Source: Octopus bimaculoides (taxonomy: Eukaryota). Taken from it: a stretch of 64,000 bases of DNA. Of the stretch, positions 22,908 to 34,439 are shown piece by piece. The translations under genes and the position numbers were made by a program. Position 1 is the first letter of the stretch. Each line of letters starts with the position of its first letter. The notes beneath the pieces are model-generated. The model saw only the letters and a list, made by a program, of their open reading frames with translations, searched no databases and was not told the origin of the DNA. Location of the stretch: assembly GCF_001194135.2 (NCBI RefSeq), contig NC_068981.1, positions 191,125,002 through 191,189,001 on the forward strand, written 5' to 3'.

Positions 22908-23155
22908 AGCAGTTTAGCTTAATGGTAAAGCACTCATCCTTTGAGGGATGTGGGTTCGAGTCCCATAGCAGTTTGTTGATAAGTTATATACACTCTTGGA
23001 GTGGTTGGCGTTAGGAAGAGAATCCAGCTGTAGAAACTCTACCAGATCAGATTGAAGCCTGGTGCAGCAATCTGGTTCATCAGTCCTCAGTCAAATTGTC
23101 CAACCCATGCTAGTATGGAAAGCGGACGTTAAACGATGATGATGATGGTGATGAT
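22908..23155 (+). mobile_element. tRNA-like head joined to family C tail (SINE-like)
   Basis: TAGCTTAATGGT A-box, GGTTCGAGTCC B-box, D-arm GCTT/AAGC, T-arm GTGGG/CCCAT; then GAGTGGTTGGCGTTAGG...CGGACGTTAAACGATGATGAT. Confidence 0.65.
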
Positions 23156-23406
23156 ATATATCATTGCAATCTGATAGCCCCTCCAACTCTATATATACCC
23201 AGGTCTTTCACCACTTACTCACACTCTTTAATCATACTCCCTTTGCAATATCCTGTCACTTATATTATGGCATTTGAACCTGAAGGGTATGCCCTGGCAC
23301 TTGCCACTATCTATATATCTCTCTTCCTTTACTCAACTAACCCATTTATACTCTGATCCCTGTTCCTTGTGAGTATGCCCAGCATTTTGCCATCATCTCC
23401 ATCCTG

Positions 23407-23409
<3 letters not shown>

Positions 23410-23491
<82 letters not shown>
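23410..23491. repeat. (CT)n microsatellite
   Basis: Direct reading. Confidence 0.95.
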
Positions 23492-23493
<2 letters not shown>

Positions 23494-24195
23494 TCTCCTG
23501 CACTTCCCTCAGGTTGGCAACTATGTATTTTCTTTGTGGTAACATACCTGTTTCTGTCTTCATTCCTGATCTTTCTCTCTCTGACCAGGTGACCTTGTAC
23601 TTCTTCGGCAAGACACCTGTATCTGTCTCGCTATAACCTTTTCCTCATCACCTCCTCCAGTGCTTCCTCCCTTCTTAAAAGTTTTTGTTTTGGTTACCCT
23701 GTAAGTACTTGATGACCCTGTCAGTGCATGCAGGTGCCACTTAAAAAGCACCCAGTCCACACTGTAAAGTGGTTAGTGTTTCGAAGGGCATCCAGCTGTA
23801 AAACCTTGCCAAAACTGACCTCGCCTGTGTTTGTGCCACATAAAAAGCCCTAAGTCCACTCTGCTGAGTGGTGGGTGTTAGGAAGGGCATCCAGCTGTAA
23901 AAATCCTGCCAAAACAGTCACAGAAGTCTGGTGCAGACTTCGGCCTGGCTGGCTCTTGTACCATTCCACCCATGCTAGCATGGAACACGGATGTTAAATG
24001 ATGATGATGATATCTATACTCTCGAAATAGTTGGTGTCAGGAATGGCATCCAGCCATAGAAACCATGTCAAATCAGACTGGAGCCTGGTGCAGCCTTCCA
24101 GCTTGCCAGCCCTGGTCAAACCGTCCAACCCAGACCAGCATGGACAGCAGACATTAAACGATGATGATGTTGTTGTTGTTGATGATGATGATGAT
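23490..24195 (+). mobile_element. Family C long form with duplicated core, followed by a second family C tail
   Basis: GAAGGGCATCCAGCTGTAAAA occurs twice (about 23783 and 23882); (GAT)n tails at about 24000 and 24160-24195. Confidence 0.75.
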
Positions 24196-24199
24196 GATC

Positions 24200-24415
24200 T
24201 GTGTGTCTTTTTGTCTGTATATGTTTCCCACCATCACTTGACAAGTAGTGTTGGTGTGTTTATGTCCCCATAACTTAGCATTTTGGCAAAACAGACTGAT
24301 ATAATAAGTACCAGGCTTTAAAATAAAGCACTGGGGGTCAATTCATTCAACTGAAAATTCTTCATGGTGGTGCCCCAGCATGTCCACAGTCTAATGACAG
24401 AAACAAGTAAACGAT
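24200..24415 (+). mobile_element. Family B SINE 3' half
   Basis: GTGTTGGTGTGTTTATGTCCCCATAACTTAGC...CCCCAGCATGTCCACAGTCTAATGACAGAAACAAGTAAA. Confidence 0.8.
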
Positions 24416-24905
24416 ATAAATTTCAGCATATTGTAAATATTGTAAATCAAACAAACTATTTGAGTACATTTTTGTGTAATTTAACTTCATTTCGTTCAGT
24501 TGGTTTCTGGATTTCAAAAGTCCAGTAAAACATTTAGAATTTTATCTTGTTAAGTTACCTGTGAGGTCAGTTAATCTAAAATATCTTGAGCGAATGTCTT
24601 GTTGTTGACGTCTGACTTTATTTAACATCAACTGAGGAAATTCTAAGGTTAGTTGTAACTAATAAAATAAGTTTGCAACGATAACACAAATTACATTTTT
24701 TTAAATGACATTCTATGGATGTGTTTCAGTCTAGTTTTCGCAATAAATGATGTTTGCTTTTAGTCTTTCCATTGTTTTAATGTAAAAGAAGAGTTTTCTC
24801 AATCTACTGAATGCCAGGGTGTGTGTGTGTCTGTGTATGTGTGTGTTAATTCTTTCATTAATATTGTTCAAATGCAAAATTAAATCAATATGTAGGAGAG
24901 GTTTG

Positions 24906-25119
24906 AGGTGGCAAGGTGACAGAATCGTTAGTACACTACACAAAATGCTTAGTGGTATTTTGCCTATCTATATTCTGAGTTCAAATTCCTCTAAGATTGA
25001 CTTCGTCTTTTATCCTTTTGGAGTCAATAAAATAAGTACCAGTTGTGTTCTGGGGTCAATGTAATCAACTTATCCACTTCCCCAAAATTGCTGGCCTTGT
25101 GCCAAATTTTGAAACAAAT
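24906..25119 (+). mobile_element. Family A SINE
   Basis: GGTGACAGAATCGTTAG...TTCTGAGTTCAAATTCC...AAAATAAGTACCAG. Confidence 0.8.
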
Positions 25120-25866
25120 ATATGGTAGAGGTTTAGACTAGTAAACTTAGGTATTGTAGAGAAACCAGTCCAAATATCTGCTTCAGAACTGATATGACTT
25201 CAATCTTTTCCAGGTATTTAAAAATAAAAATATTAAGATTTCCCTGAACCAAACCATTCTAAATCTAAAGTTTTGTGTACTCCAAGAAATGAAAGGTTCT
25301 TTATTTCAATAAAATTGTAATCAAAACTTTTACAGTTTTATATGGCTTCCATCATCACTAATGAAATCACTTATAGTGAAGGAAACCTCTATGCTTGACA
25401 TAGCAGCTAAATCTCAGCCCACACTAAAGGAAGTGCACATTGGATAATGGAACCATGAACATACAGAAAGACGGGATGGTCAAGGCTGGAACATCTTTAA
25501 TCAGTCTTAACTTGGAGCTAACAACAACAGCAAACATTAAACAACTCTGTGATTAAGAAACTCACTTTTAGAACCATTTGCTTTTCAAAGTAAGCCTCTT
25601 CACCACATCGCCATGCCTGCACCTCTTCTTGACTAATAAATGTGAAAATTGAATAAATCTATGGAATAATGTTAAAGAATTAATGATATATTCCTTCAAC
25701 GTTTTTGCTTGTTTTCATATATTTATACATATATATATATATATATATATAATTATATATAAATTTAATAATGAGGGTAGAAATTAGGTGATGCATTAAG
25801 CAAATTATTCTTTATTTGAGGAAGGGTTAATAACCAGAAAGGGCATCAAGCCATAAAGCAATGTCT

Positions 25867-26193
25867 NNNNNNNNNNNNNNNNNNNNNNNNNNNNNNNNNN
25901 NNNNNNNNNNNNNNNNNNNNNNNNNNNNNNNNNNNNNNNNNNNNNNNNNNNNNNNNNNNNNNNNNNNNNNNNNNNNNNNNNNNNNNNNNNNNNNNNNNNN
26001 NNNNNNNNNNNNNNNNNNNNNNNNNNNNNNNNNNNNNNNNNNNNNNNNNNNNNNNNNNNNNNNNNNNNNNNNNNNNNNNNNNNNNNNNNNNNNNNNNNNN
26101 NNNNNNNNNNNNNNNNNNNNNNNNNNNNNNNNNNNNNNNNNNNNNNNNNNNNNNNNNNNNNNNNNNNNNNNNNNNNNNNNNNNNNNNNNNNNN
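25867..26193. other. Assembly gap
   Basis: Run of N. Confidence 1.
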
Positions 26194-26257
26194 TAGGTGA
26201 TTTGGCATCTATTTCTAGCATATAAGAGTCCACTTTGGTGGTCATTCCTCTTAATTT

Positions 26258-26296
<39 letters not shown>

Positions 26297-26766
26297 GCCT
26301 CTTCCCACTTCATAAATTTACAAGTACATACGCCAACATGCTTCATACTACTACTTCATACTGTAAACATGTTCACCACACACAATATACATTTCTTAAT
26401 TGAAAGCTAGTAGTAGCCACCACGATTCTTTTCCGTTCTCTCTTGCTTTCTTCATGAATACTTTTTTCTCCTCCTTGACCAAAAATATTTCCCCACCCTC
26501 TGCTCTCCACATCTTTTTTTTCAAATACCACTCCCCTTGCTAATTTCTATGATTTGGCCAAAATAGCTCTATTGAATATTACTAGTCAAATAACCTTGCT
26601 TAAATTCCTCATTCTTCTCCCTCTCTTATTTTTTCTTATTTTTTCCTTTTCTTAATCATAATTTCTCTCTACATTTATATTCTCCACTCCTGTACTTTCT
26701 ACACACTCTGATTGAATCTTCCATGTGTTAACATGTACCTCCTTGCAACAATGTAAACCTTCATTT

Positions 26767-26894
26767 AATCAAGATATCCTTGCTCTGAAGAGTAGCCTGC
26801 GGTATACACCTCGCTTGGATATTTACCACTTTTGAGGTTCCGCTTGCTATGAAACATATGTAGCTCAGATCTTATCCATACCTTAACTCTTGTA
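26767..26894 (+). mobile_element. Penelope-like pseudo-LTR fragment with remnant hammerhead core
   Basis: CTGAAGA followed by hairpin GTAGCC(TGC)GGTATAC but no GAAA; second copy at 22118-22218. Confidence 0.4.
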
Positions 26895-27052
26895 TATATA
26901 TACAAATATTCTATAATTATAAACATAATTATAATCAGGAGTCAGCTAATTGCTTCACCAAGCACTGAATTTTGAAATTGGAGTTAAAATGCCTTTTCTG
27001 CTACCATAAAGATCTCGCAGACAATAACACACTTTTTTACGTAGTGATATTA

Positions 27053-27395
27053 TCATCATCATCATCATCGTTTAACGTCAGCTTTCCATGCTAGCATGGG
27101 TTGGACGATTTGACAGAGGACTAGTGAAACCGGATGGCAACACCAGGCTCCAATCTAATTTGGTAGAGTTTCTACAGCTGGATGCCCTTCCTAACGCCAA
27201 CCACTCAGAGAGTGTAGTGGGTGCTTTTACGTGTCACCCGCACGAAGGCCAGTCAGGCGATACTGGCAATGGCCACGCTCAAAATGGTGCATCTTATGTG
27301 CCACCCGCACAAGAGCCAGTCCAGGGGCACTGGCAACGATCTCACTTGGTCTCACTTGGCTTGCTGGGTCTTCTCACGCACAGCACATTTCCAGA
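27053..27395 (-). mobile_element. Young family C element including RTE ORF2 terminus
   Basis: Reverse complement contains GAGAAGACCCAGCAAGCCAAGTGAGA as at 58297-58320; near-identical to 35743-35951. Confidence 0.85.
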
Positions 27396-29035
27396 GACAT
27401 TGCATTATGGCTGGATGCCCTTTCTGGTTATTAACCCTTCCTCAAATACAGAATAATTTGCTCAATGCATCATTGAGAGTGCAAAACAGTACTCAGTTTA
27501 TCAACTGGGGAAATGACAATGTCACTGCTTGTGACCCAGCAATTTTCAAAGAAGTACAAATGCAAACAAGCACACAACTATGCACACACAAACACACACA
27601 CACACACACACACACAGGGCTTCTTTCAGTTTCCATTTTCTGCATTACTGCCAATTTCCACAATCTGACCATAAGTAAATACACCATAAACATTCGAATT
27701 TTTAGGTATTTTCTTCATTTTTAGGTATTTTCTTCAGGACTGAACAGTTGACTTATGTTGTGACTTAAAAATGAGATCTTTTACAAAAGCCATGAAAATT
27801 CACAACTGCAGCATTTATTCTGAATTCTAACAAAATTTCAGAACCAACTTAAAATTTTTTTTTTTTTTTGTTAATGAAATAATAAAAAAAAAACCCTGAT
27901 AATTTCCTCCTATTCTTAATTATTTTAATTTAAATATAGATTATTTTTTAAAATCAATCAAGTAGATTGCTAATGAAAATCTATGCATGAGTAAGACGAA
28001 TATTGTTTGACTTGGTACTATTGTGTTTGTAATGTTTAACAAAAATTCTTTGATTTAGATTTTATTTATTTATTTATTTGATTTTGGTTTAATTAATATG
28101 TTCCATAGATATGCTCTAGAAATATAGATTGTGTTGAATAATTTAATCATAATGAGAATTTTAGTTGTAGCTTTCTTGGTTTAATCATATTAAGAAAATT
28201 ATGGCAAAATCACATGAGGAAAATAAAGATGGTAGCATGAGAAGAATCAATGAAATGATTTAATTACAACCACAGAATGGTGAGAAAGTTTCAGAAAATG
28301 TTAGAAAATTTAAGATAAGAAAAGAACAGAACAACATATTTATTAGGCTGAGGCAATGGAAACTAGTTTGTATTTTATTATAATGAAGCCATTGATGTAG
28401 AAGTTGTGTTAATAGGGGATCGTAATCAGAAACTGTTTATGGATAGTAGTTGTAATTGTTATCTAGGGATTTCATTTGAATAATTTAATAGATTAATAAA
28501 GAAAATACCATTATTGTCAATCTTTAGTCATTTCTGTCAATAGTCCTAGAATTCACAGGGCTGGTTATCTGGTTTCCTGGTGACCGAGATTAAAATATTT
28601 CCCCCTGAATAGGATACCAGTCTGTCATAGGGTGACTCATTTACAGATGAATAGACAATGTGAAATGAAGTGTTTTGCTCAGAAACACAACAGACCACCC
28701 AATCCAGAAATTGCAAAATCGTAGCTGCAACACCCTAACCATTGGGACAGGTGACTTCACTAAGTAAACAAGGTTGATTAAGTACTTATTATAATTACAT
28801 CCTCAGTTATGGGATTTTGCAGGGTGGCGGGGCAGGTGTTTCATTTGGCCAACACAAATCAAGTACAAAGTATCTGTCTAGAAGACCCTTGCTCAAGGTG
28901 CAGCACAGTGGGGCTAAACCCAAAACAAGTGTTAGCAAAGTGAACTTCTTAATGACCATTCTTAGAGATATGTTAACCATAAATATATCTCAGTATCGAT
29001 GTCTCAAGAGGAAAAGTAACTGTTTCATATTTTAA

Positions 29036-29587
29036 CCCTTTTCTTACTATATTTCTGCCTTTGATTAATTTTGAAAAGAATGAAAAATTTGTAAAGAATA
29101 AAAAGTTTTGAATGGTACAACAATGCACTATAATACAAAAAATGGACTAAATACCTGTTGTAATTTAGTTATCCATAGTCCGATGATATTTCGGAATACC
29201 ATTCCTTCTTCAGATATTCTTAGATGGAGTCGCTGCTATAATCTGTTTTCCGACGGTTTTTTTGTTTTCGGAAGCATCTTAGCAGTGGTCTCACAAAGCT
29301 CCTTCCAGAATTCCTCATGACAAGTGTGTGAGGTCGGCTGTGTCTCAATCTCGTGTGCGTTGGTACATCTGTAGTGCTGCTTCTAAGTTATGTATTATAC
29401 GTGCAGCTTCCTTTTTTTCCTCTTCTCTTTTTTTTTAGTTATAAACAATGAAAAATTTATTGAAATATGTTTGTCAGTATTAAGCTGGTGTTATGGAATT
29501 TCAATGGAAGGTTTTAATTACGATTACTTTAAATGAAAGACAACCGTAGAAGTACAGATGACCTCAGGCAGATTGTTGTCAAAAGGG
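29036..29587. mobile_element. TTAA-type MITE split by a 356-bp insertion
   Basis: TTAA|CCCTTTTCTTAC ... GTCAAAAGGG|TTAT; the two halves match the intact copy at 51665-51885. Confidence 0.65.
29091..29446 (-). mobile_element. CpG-rich insertion carrying a hammerhead-like motif (Penelope/retrozyme-like)
   Basis: Flanked by AATGAAAAATTT at 29079-29090 and 29447-29458; the minus strand reads CTGAAGAA-GGAAT(GGT)ATTCC-GAAA-TATC at 29213-29185. Confidence 0.5.
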
Positions 29588-29667
29588 TTATATTCATAAT
29601 ATAAAACACTTCTAAATTTTTTTTACTCCTATTCTTTCCTGCTTTGTTAATATTAATGTTTAATCTA

Positions 29668-29905
29668 AGGCGGCGAGCTGGCAGAAACATTAGCATGCCA
29701 GGCGAAATGCTTAGCGGTATTTCATCTGCCGAAAAACACCTACCACACTCTCGGAGTGGTTGGCATTAGGAAGGGCGTCCAGCTGTAGAAACCCTGCCAG
29801 ATCAGAATGGAGTCTGGTGCAGCCTCCCAGCTTGCCAGTCCCCAGTCAAACCATCCAACCCATGCCAGCATGGAAAGTAGACGTTAGATGATGATGATGA
29901 TGATA
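29668..29905 (+). mobile_element. Chimeric retroposon: family A head plus family C tail
   Basis: AGGCGGCGAGCTGGCAGAAAC...GCGGTATTTCATCTGCCG joined to CACACTCTCGGAGTGGTTGGCATTAGG...(GAT)n. Confidence 0.8.
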
Positions 29906-30463
29906 TTTTGTTTTAATTTCTTGTGAAGAGATTAGGGTCCAAGCAAGACTGGCATAATTCATAACTGATTCTTGGTACCTTGTTGTTGTTCTTTCCCTTG
30001 TGTTGGCCAAATGTACTTTCCCGAAGTAGTCAAGTATGTTTAAGCATGGTTCTGTTATCATTTCTCACTTCTGTGTACATTGTAAACAAAGATAAAATAC
30101 AAAATTTCTAGTATTTGTGCATATTGCTTTGTTTGTGAGATACATTTATGATGCTAAATACGATGGAAACATGTATTTGATGTTATCTGGTACTTCTGCT
30201 AAGAAAGGAAACAGTAGATGTGTTGATAGGTGAGGTACTAATTTAAATTTCTGCTGTTTTGGAGCCAGAATTCTAAGATGATTTATGTAAGGTTGGAGTT
30301 GTTATACAGCTGAATCTGGAGATTGGTTGGAGGATATGTTTTGGAGCCGTGTTTCTATGTTCACAGATCAGTGATCAAAACAAGCACACTGTTAGAAGCA
30401 ACACATAGATATAAGGTTCACAGATTTTTATCAACGCTACCACAATCACTAATATAAGCATTG

Positions 30464-30527
<64 letters not shown>

Positions 30528-31407
30528 NNNNNNNNNNNNNNNNNNNNNNNNNNNNNNNNNNNNNNNNNNNNNNNNNNNNNNNNNNNNNNNNNNNNNNNNN
30601 NNNNNNNNNNNNNNNNNNNNNNNNNNNNNNNNNNNNNNNNNNNNNNNNNNNNNNNNNNNNNNNNNNNNNNNNNNNNNNNNNNNNNNNNNNNNNNNNNNNN
30701 NNNNNNNNNNNNNNNNNNNNNNNNNNNNNNNNNNNNNNNNNNNNNNNNNNNNNNNNNNNNNNNNNNNNNNNNNNNNNNNNNNNNNNNNNNNNNNNNNNNN
30801 NNNNNNNNNNNNNNNNNNNNNNNNNNNNNNNNNNNNNNNNNNNNNNNNNNNNNNNNNNNNNNNNNNNNNNNNNNNNNNNNNNNNNNNNNNNNNNNNNNNN
30901 NNNNNNNNNNNNNNNNNNNNNNNNNNNNNNNNNNNNNNNNNNNNNNNNNNNNNNNNNNNNNNNNNNNNNNNNNNNNNNNNNNNNNNNNNNNNNNNNNNNN
31001 NNNNNNNNNNNNNNNNNNNNNNNNNNNNNNNNNNNNNNNNNNNNNNNNNNNNNNNNNNNNNNNNNNNNNNNNNNNNNNNNNNNNNNNNNNNNNNNNNNNN
31101 NNNNNNNNNNNNNNNNNNNNNNNNNNNNNNNNNNNNNNNNNNNNNNNNNNNNNNNNNNNNNNNNNNNNNNNNNNNNNNNNNNNNNNNNNNNNNNNNNNNN
31201 NNNNNNNNNNNNNNNNNNNNNNNNNNNNNNNNNNNNNNNNNNNNNNNNNNNNNNNNNNNNNNNNNNNNNNNNNNNNNNNNNNNNNNNNNNNNNNNNNNNN
31301 NNNNNNNNNNNNNNNNNNNNNNNNNNNNNNNNNNNNNNNNNNNNNNNNNNNNNNNNNNNNNNNNNNNNNNNNNNNNNNNNNNNNNNNNNNNNNNNNNNNN
31401 NNNNNNN
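30528..31407. other. Assembly gap flanked by (GT)n and (TA)n
   Basis: Run of N. Confidence 1.
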
Positions 31408-31442
<35 letters not shown>

Positions 31443-31614
31443 ATATATATAGTTTTAGGGAAAAGAACCAAGGTTCATGAACTCATCGATGAAAATCCAC
31501 TGTCACATATTTTACTCCGTAAAGCTCAATTTAATTTTAATTTTTTATAAATTGATTTTAATTGAGTTTTTACCTGTAATTTTGGATTTTGTCCCTAATA
31601 TTATATATATATAT

Positions 31615-31780
31615 ATACAACAGGCTTCTTTCAGTTTCTGTCTGCCAAATCCACTCACAAGGCTTTGGTCGGCCCGAGGCTACAGTAGAAAACACTTGCC
31701 CAAGGTGCCACACAGTGGGACTGAACTCGGAGCCATGTGGTTGGTAAGCAAACTACTTACCACTCAGCTACTCCTGCACC
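31615..31780 (-). mobile_element. Family B SINE 5' half
   Basis: CCAAATCCACTCACAAGGCTTTGGTCGGCCCGAGGCTAC...ACTTGCCCAAGGTGCCACACAGTGGGACTGAAC. Confidence 0.85.
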
Positions 31781-32092
31781 GATATTTATACATTCTATTT
31801 TAAGTGGTTTAAGATATATATAATGCATGTTATTTGAATATATTTAATGTATAAATAGCTTCTTGAATATTTGCTCAATGGATTTTTATAGATCCACATT
31901 ATTCTTATCTTTTATTTTGCAAGTAAAAAAAAAATGGTTGAAGTAGAGTTTACATGATTTTACTTGAAGTTGAAGGTTCCTTTCAGCCTTTGATAAGTGC
32001 TACATGTGAACATGTACATCACTGCAAATAGATGCCTTTGCTTGGAATGTACACACACACACACACGCACGTACACACACACACACACACAT

Positions 32093-32144
<52 letters not shown>

Positions 32145-32263
32145 AAACACACACTGTTATACTTTTATATCAGTTAAAAAACATTATTTTTTATTGCTCA
32201 TTTATACATGCATTGTTGTTCTGTTAATATTTCTATGTATGTCCATTGTTTAAATTATATACA

Positions 32264-32305
<42 letters not shown>

Positions 32306-32605
32306 NNNNNNNNNNNNNNNNNNNNNNNNNNNNNNNNNNNNNNNNNNNNNNNNNNNNNNNNNNNNNNNNNNNNNNNNNNNNNNNNNNNNNNNNNNNNNNN
32401 NNNNNNNNNNNNNNNNNNNNNNNNNNNNNNNNNNNNNNNNNNNNNNNNNNNNNNNNNNNNNNNNNNNNNNNNNNNNNNNNNNNNNNNNNNNNNNNNNNNN
32501 NNNNNNNNNNNNNNNNNNNNNNNNNNNNNNNNNNNNNNNNNNNNNNNNNNNNNNNNNNNNNNNNNNNNNNNNNNNNNNNNNNNNNNNNNNNNNNNNNNNN
32601 NNNNN
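32306..32605. other. Assembly gap flanked by (CA)n and (TA)n
   Basis: Run of N. Confidence 1.
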
Positions 32606-32646
<41 letters not shown>

Positions 32647-33085
32647 TGCACAAAGTGCTTTCAAAAAATGCACACAGCTACAATTATATCCTTTTGTCTA
32701 AGGAAACAATATTTCGTTATTGTATGAAGAAAAGCAAAGATGTATTAATTTAGAATTTAAAAGTTAAGATTTTGTTTTGAATGTATGGAAACCAGGAAAG
32801 AAAAAATAAAACTAGTTTTCTGAAATAAAGTAGACCCTTTACAATGCAAATACCAATTAGACATTGGAATCTGGAGTTCTTTAAAACTCCAAGAATTCTT
32901 TTGATTGATATTCCATTATTTTTGGTATTATATTGTTGTCTTGAAATTTTCAATTTCTGATTCTTTCATTGCAAACAATATCATTTCAGTAGATATAATA
33001 TTCCACAGACAGGCATGTAGAGATTTTGAAATTCAGACTTCTTAATCACTCAATAAGTAAGCTGTGTTATAAATTTATGTATAAA

Positions 33086-33278
33086 GCAGGAGTGGCCGTG
33101 TGGTAAGTAGTTTGCTTACCAGCCACATGGTTCCGGGTTCAGTCCCACTGTGTGGCACCTTGGGTAAGTGGCTTCTACTATAGCCTTGAGCAGACAAAAG
33201 CTTTGTGAGTGGATTTGGTAGACGGAAACTGAAAGATGCCCTTCTTATATATATAAATGTGTGTATGCGTGTGTGTGT

Positions 33279-33313
<35 letters not shown>

Positions 33314-33490
33314 TCCCCCACACACACACAACAACATCACTTGATAACCGATGCTGGTGTGTTTACATCCTCCGTAACTTAGCAGTTTGGCAAAAGAGTT
33401 AGATAGAATAAGTCTTGGAGTCAATTTGTTCAACTAAAGGTGGTGCTCCAGCATGGCCACAGTCAAATGACTGAAACAAGTAAAAGAATA
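33086..33490 (+). mobile_element. Family B SINE, full length
   Basis: GCAGGAGTGGCCGTGTGGTAAG head through GCTCCAGCATGGCCACAGTCAAATGACTGAAACAAGTAAAAGA tail. Confidence 0.9.
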
Positions 33491-33559
33491 AAGCCTACAA
33501 TGAGAATATTTCTTCATATTGACAAGTGAGAAGCTAATGATACATATACATGTGTGCGT

Positions 33560-33877
33560 GTGTGTTTTTATCTTTTATTTGTTTCACTCATTAGACCGTG
33601 GCCATGCTGGGGCACTGCCTTCAATTTTTTAGTCAAATCAGTCAATTCTAGCACTTATTTTAATTTGTTTATTTTTAGCCTGGTACTTATTCTGTCATTC
33701 TCTTTTTGCTGAATTACTAAGTTACAGGGACATAAACACACCAACAATGGCTGTCAAGAAGTGGTGGGGGACAAACACAGACAGAAAGACAAACACTGAC
33801 AGAAAGATAAACACACACATACACACACACACACACCCTCACCCTCACACACACATACACATTCACACACACCCTCA

Positions 33878-33910
<33 letters not shown>

Positions 33911-33930
33911 GACAGGTTTCTTTCAGTATA
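33560..33930 (-). mobile_element. Family B SINE 3' half, inverted relative to neighbour
   Basis: TGGCCATGCTGGGGCACTGCC...GTACTTATTCTGTC...GGACATAAACACACCAAC. Confidence 0.8.
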
Positions 33931-34178
33931 CTTGAATATATATTTTATGTAGTATATATCCTTGGTTATGGCTGGTTAGAAAGTTACCATTGGTCTCACA
34001 TCTATTCTTGCACTTGGCAATATCGGTGACTCATCCAAAGTGCTGGCCAGAGGCATGTAACCTCAGTCTTGGTCAGTTTGGTAATATTGTATTTTTAATC
34101 AGCAGAAGTTACAGAGTTATCAAACTTGGTGAATGTCGTACATGAAACTCTCAACTCTTCAGCTAGATTGTAACTCCT

Positions 34179-34411
34179 TATTTCTTTAGTGCCCACAAGG
34201 GGCTACACACAGAGAGGACAAACAAAGACAGACAAATGGATTAAGTCGATTATATCGACCCCAGTGTGTAACTGGTACTTATTTAATCGACCCCGAAAGG
34301 ATGAAAGGCAAAGTCGACCTTGGCAGAATTTTAACTCAGAACGTAGCAGCAGACGAAATATCGCTAAGCGTTTCATCCGGCATGCTAACGTTTCTGCCAG
34401 CTCACCGCCTT
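34179..34411 (-). mobile_element. Family A SINE with LINE-type tail
   Basis: Full length; ATTGTAACT on both flanks (possible TSD). Confidence 0.88.
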
Positions 34412-34439
34412 AAAATTGTAACTTTGATTGTAACTTCTA

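Noticed and set aside
22908-22974. Functional tRNA gene
   Set aside because: Anticodon arm has a 5-nt loop, the acceptor stem is imperfect, and a retroposon tail follows.
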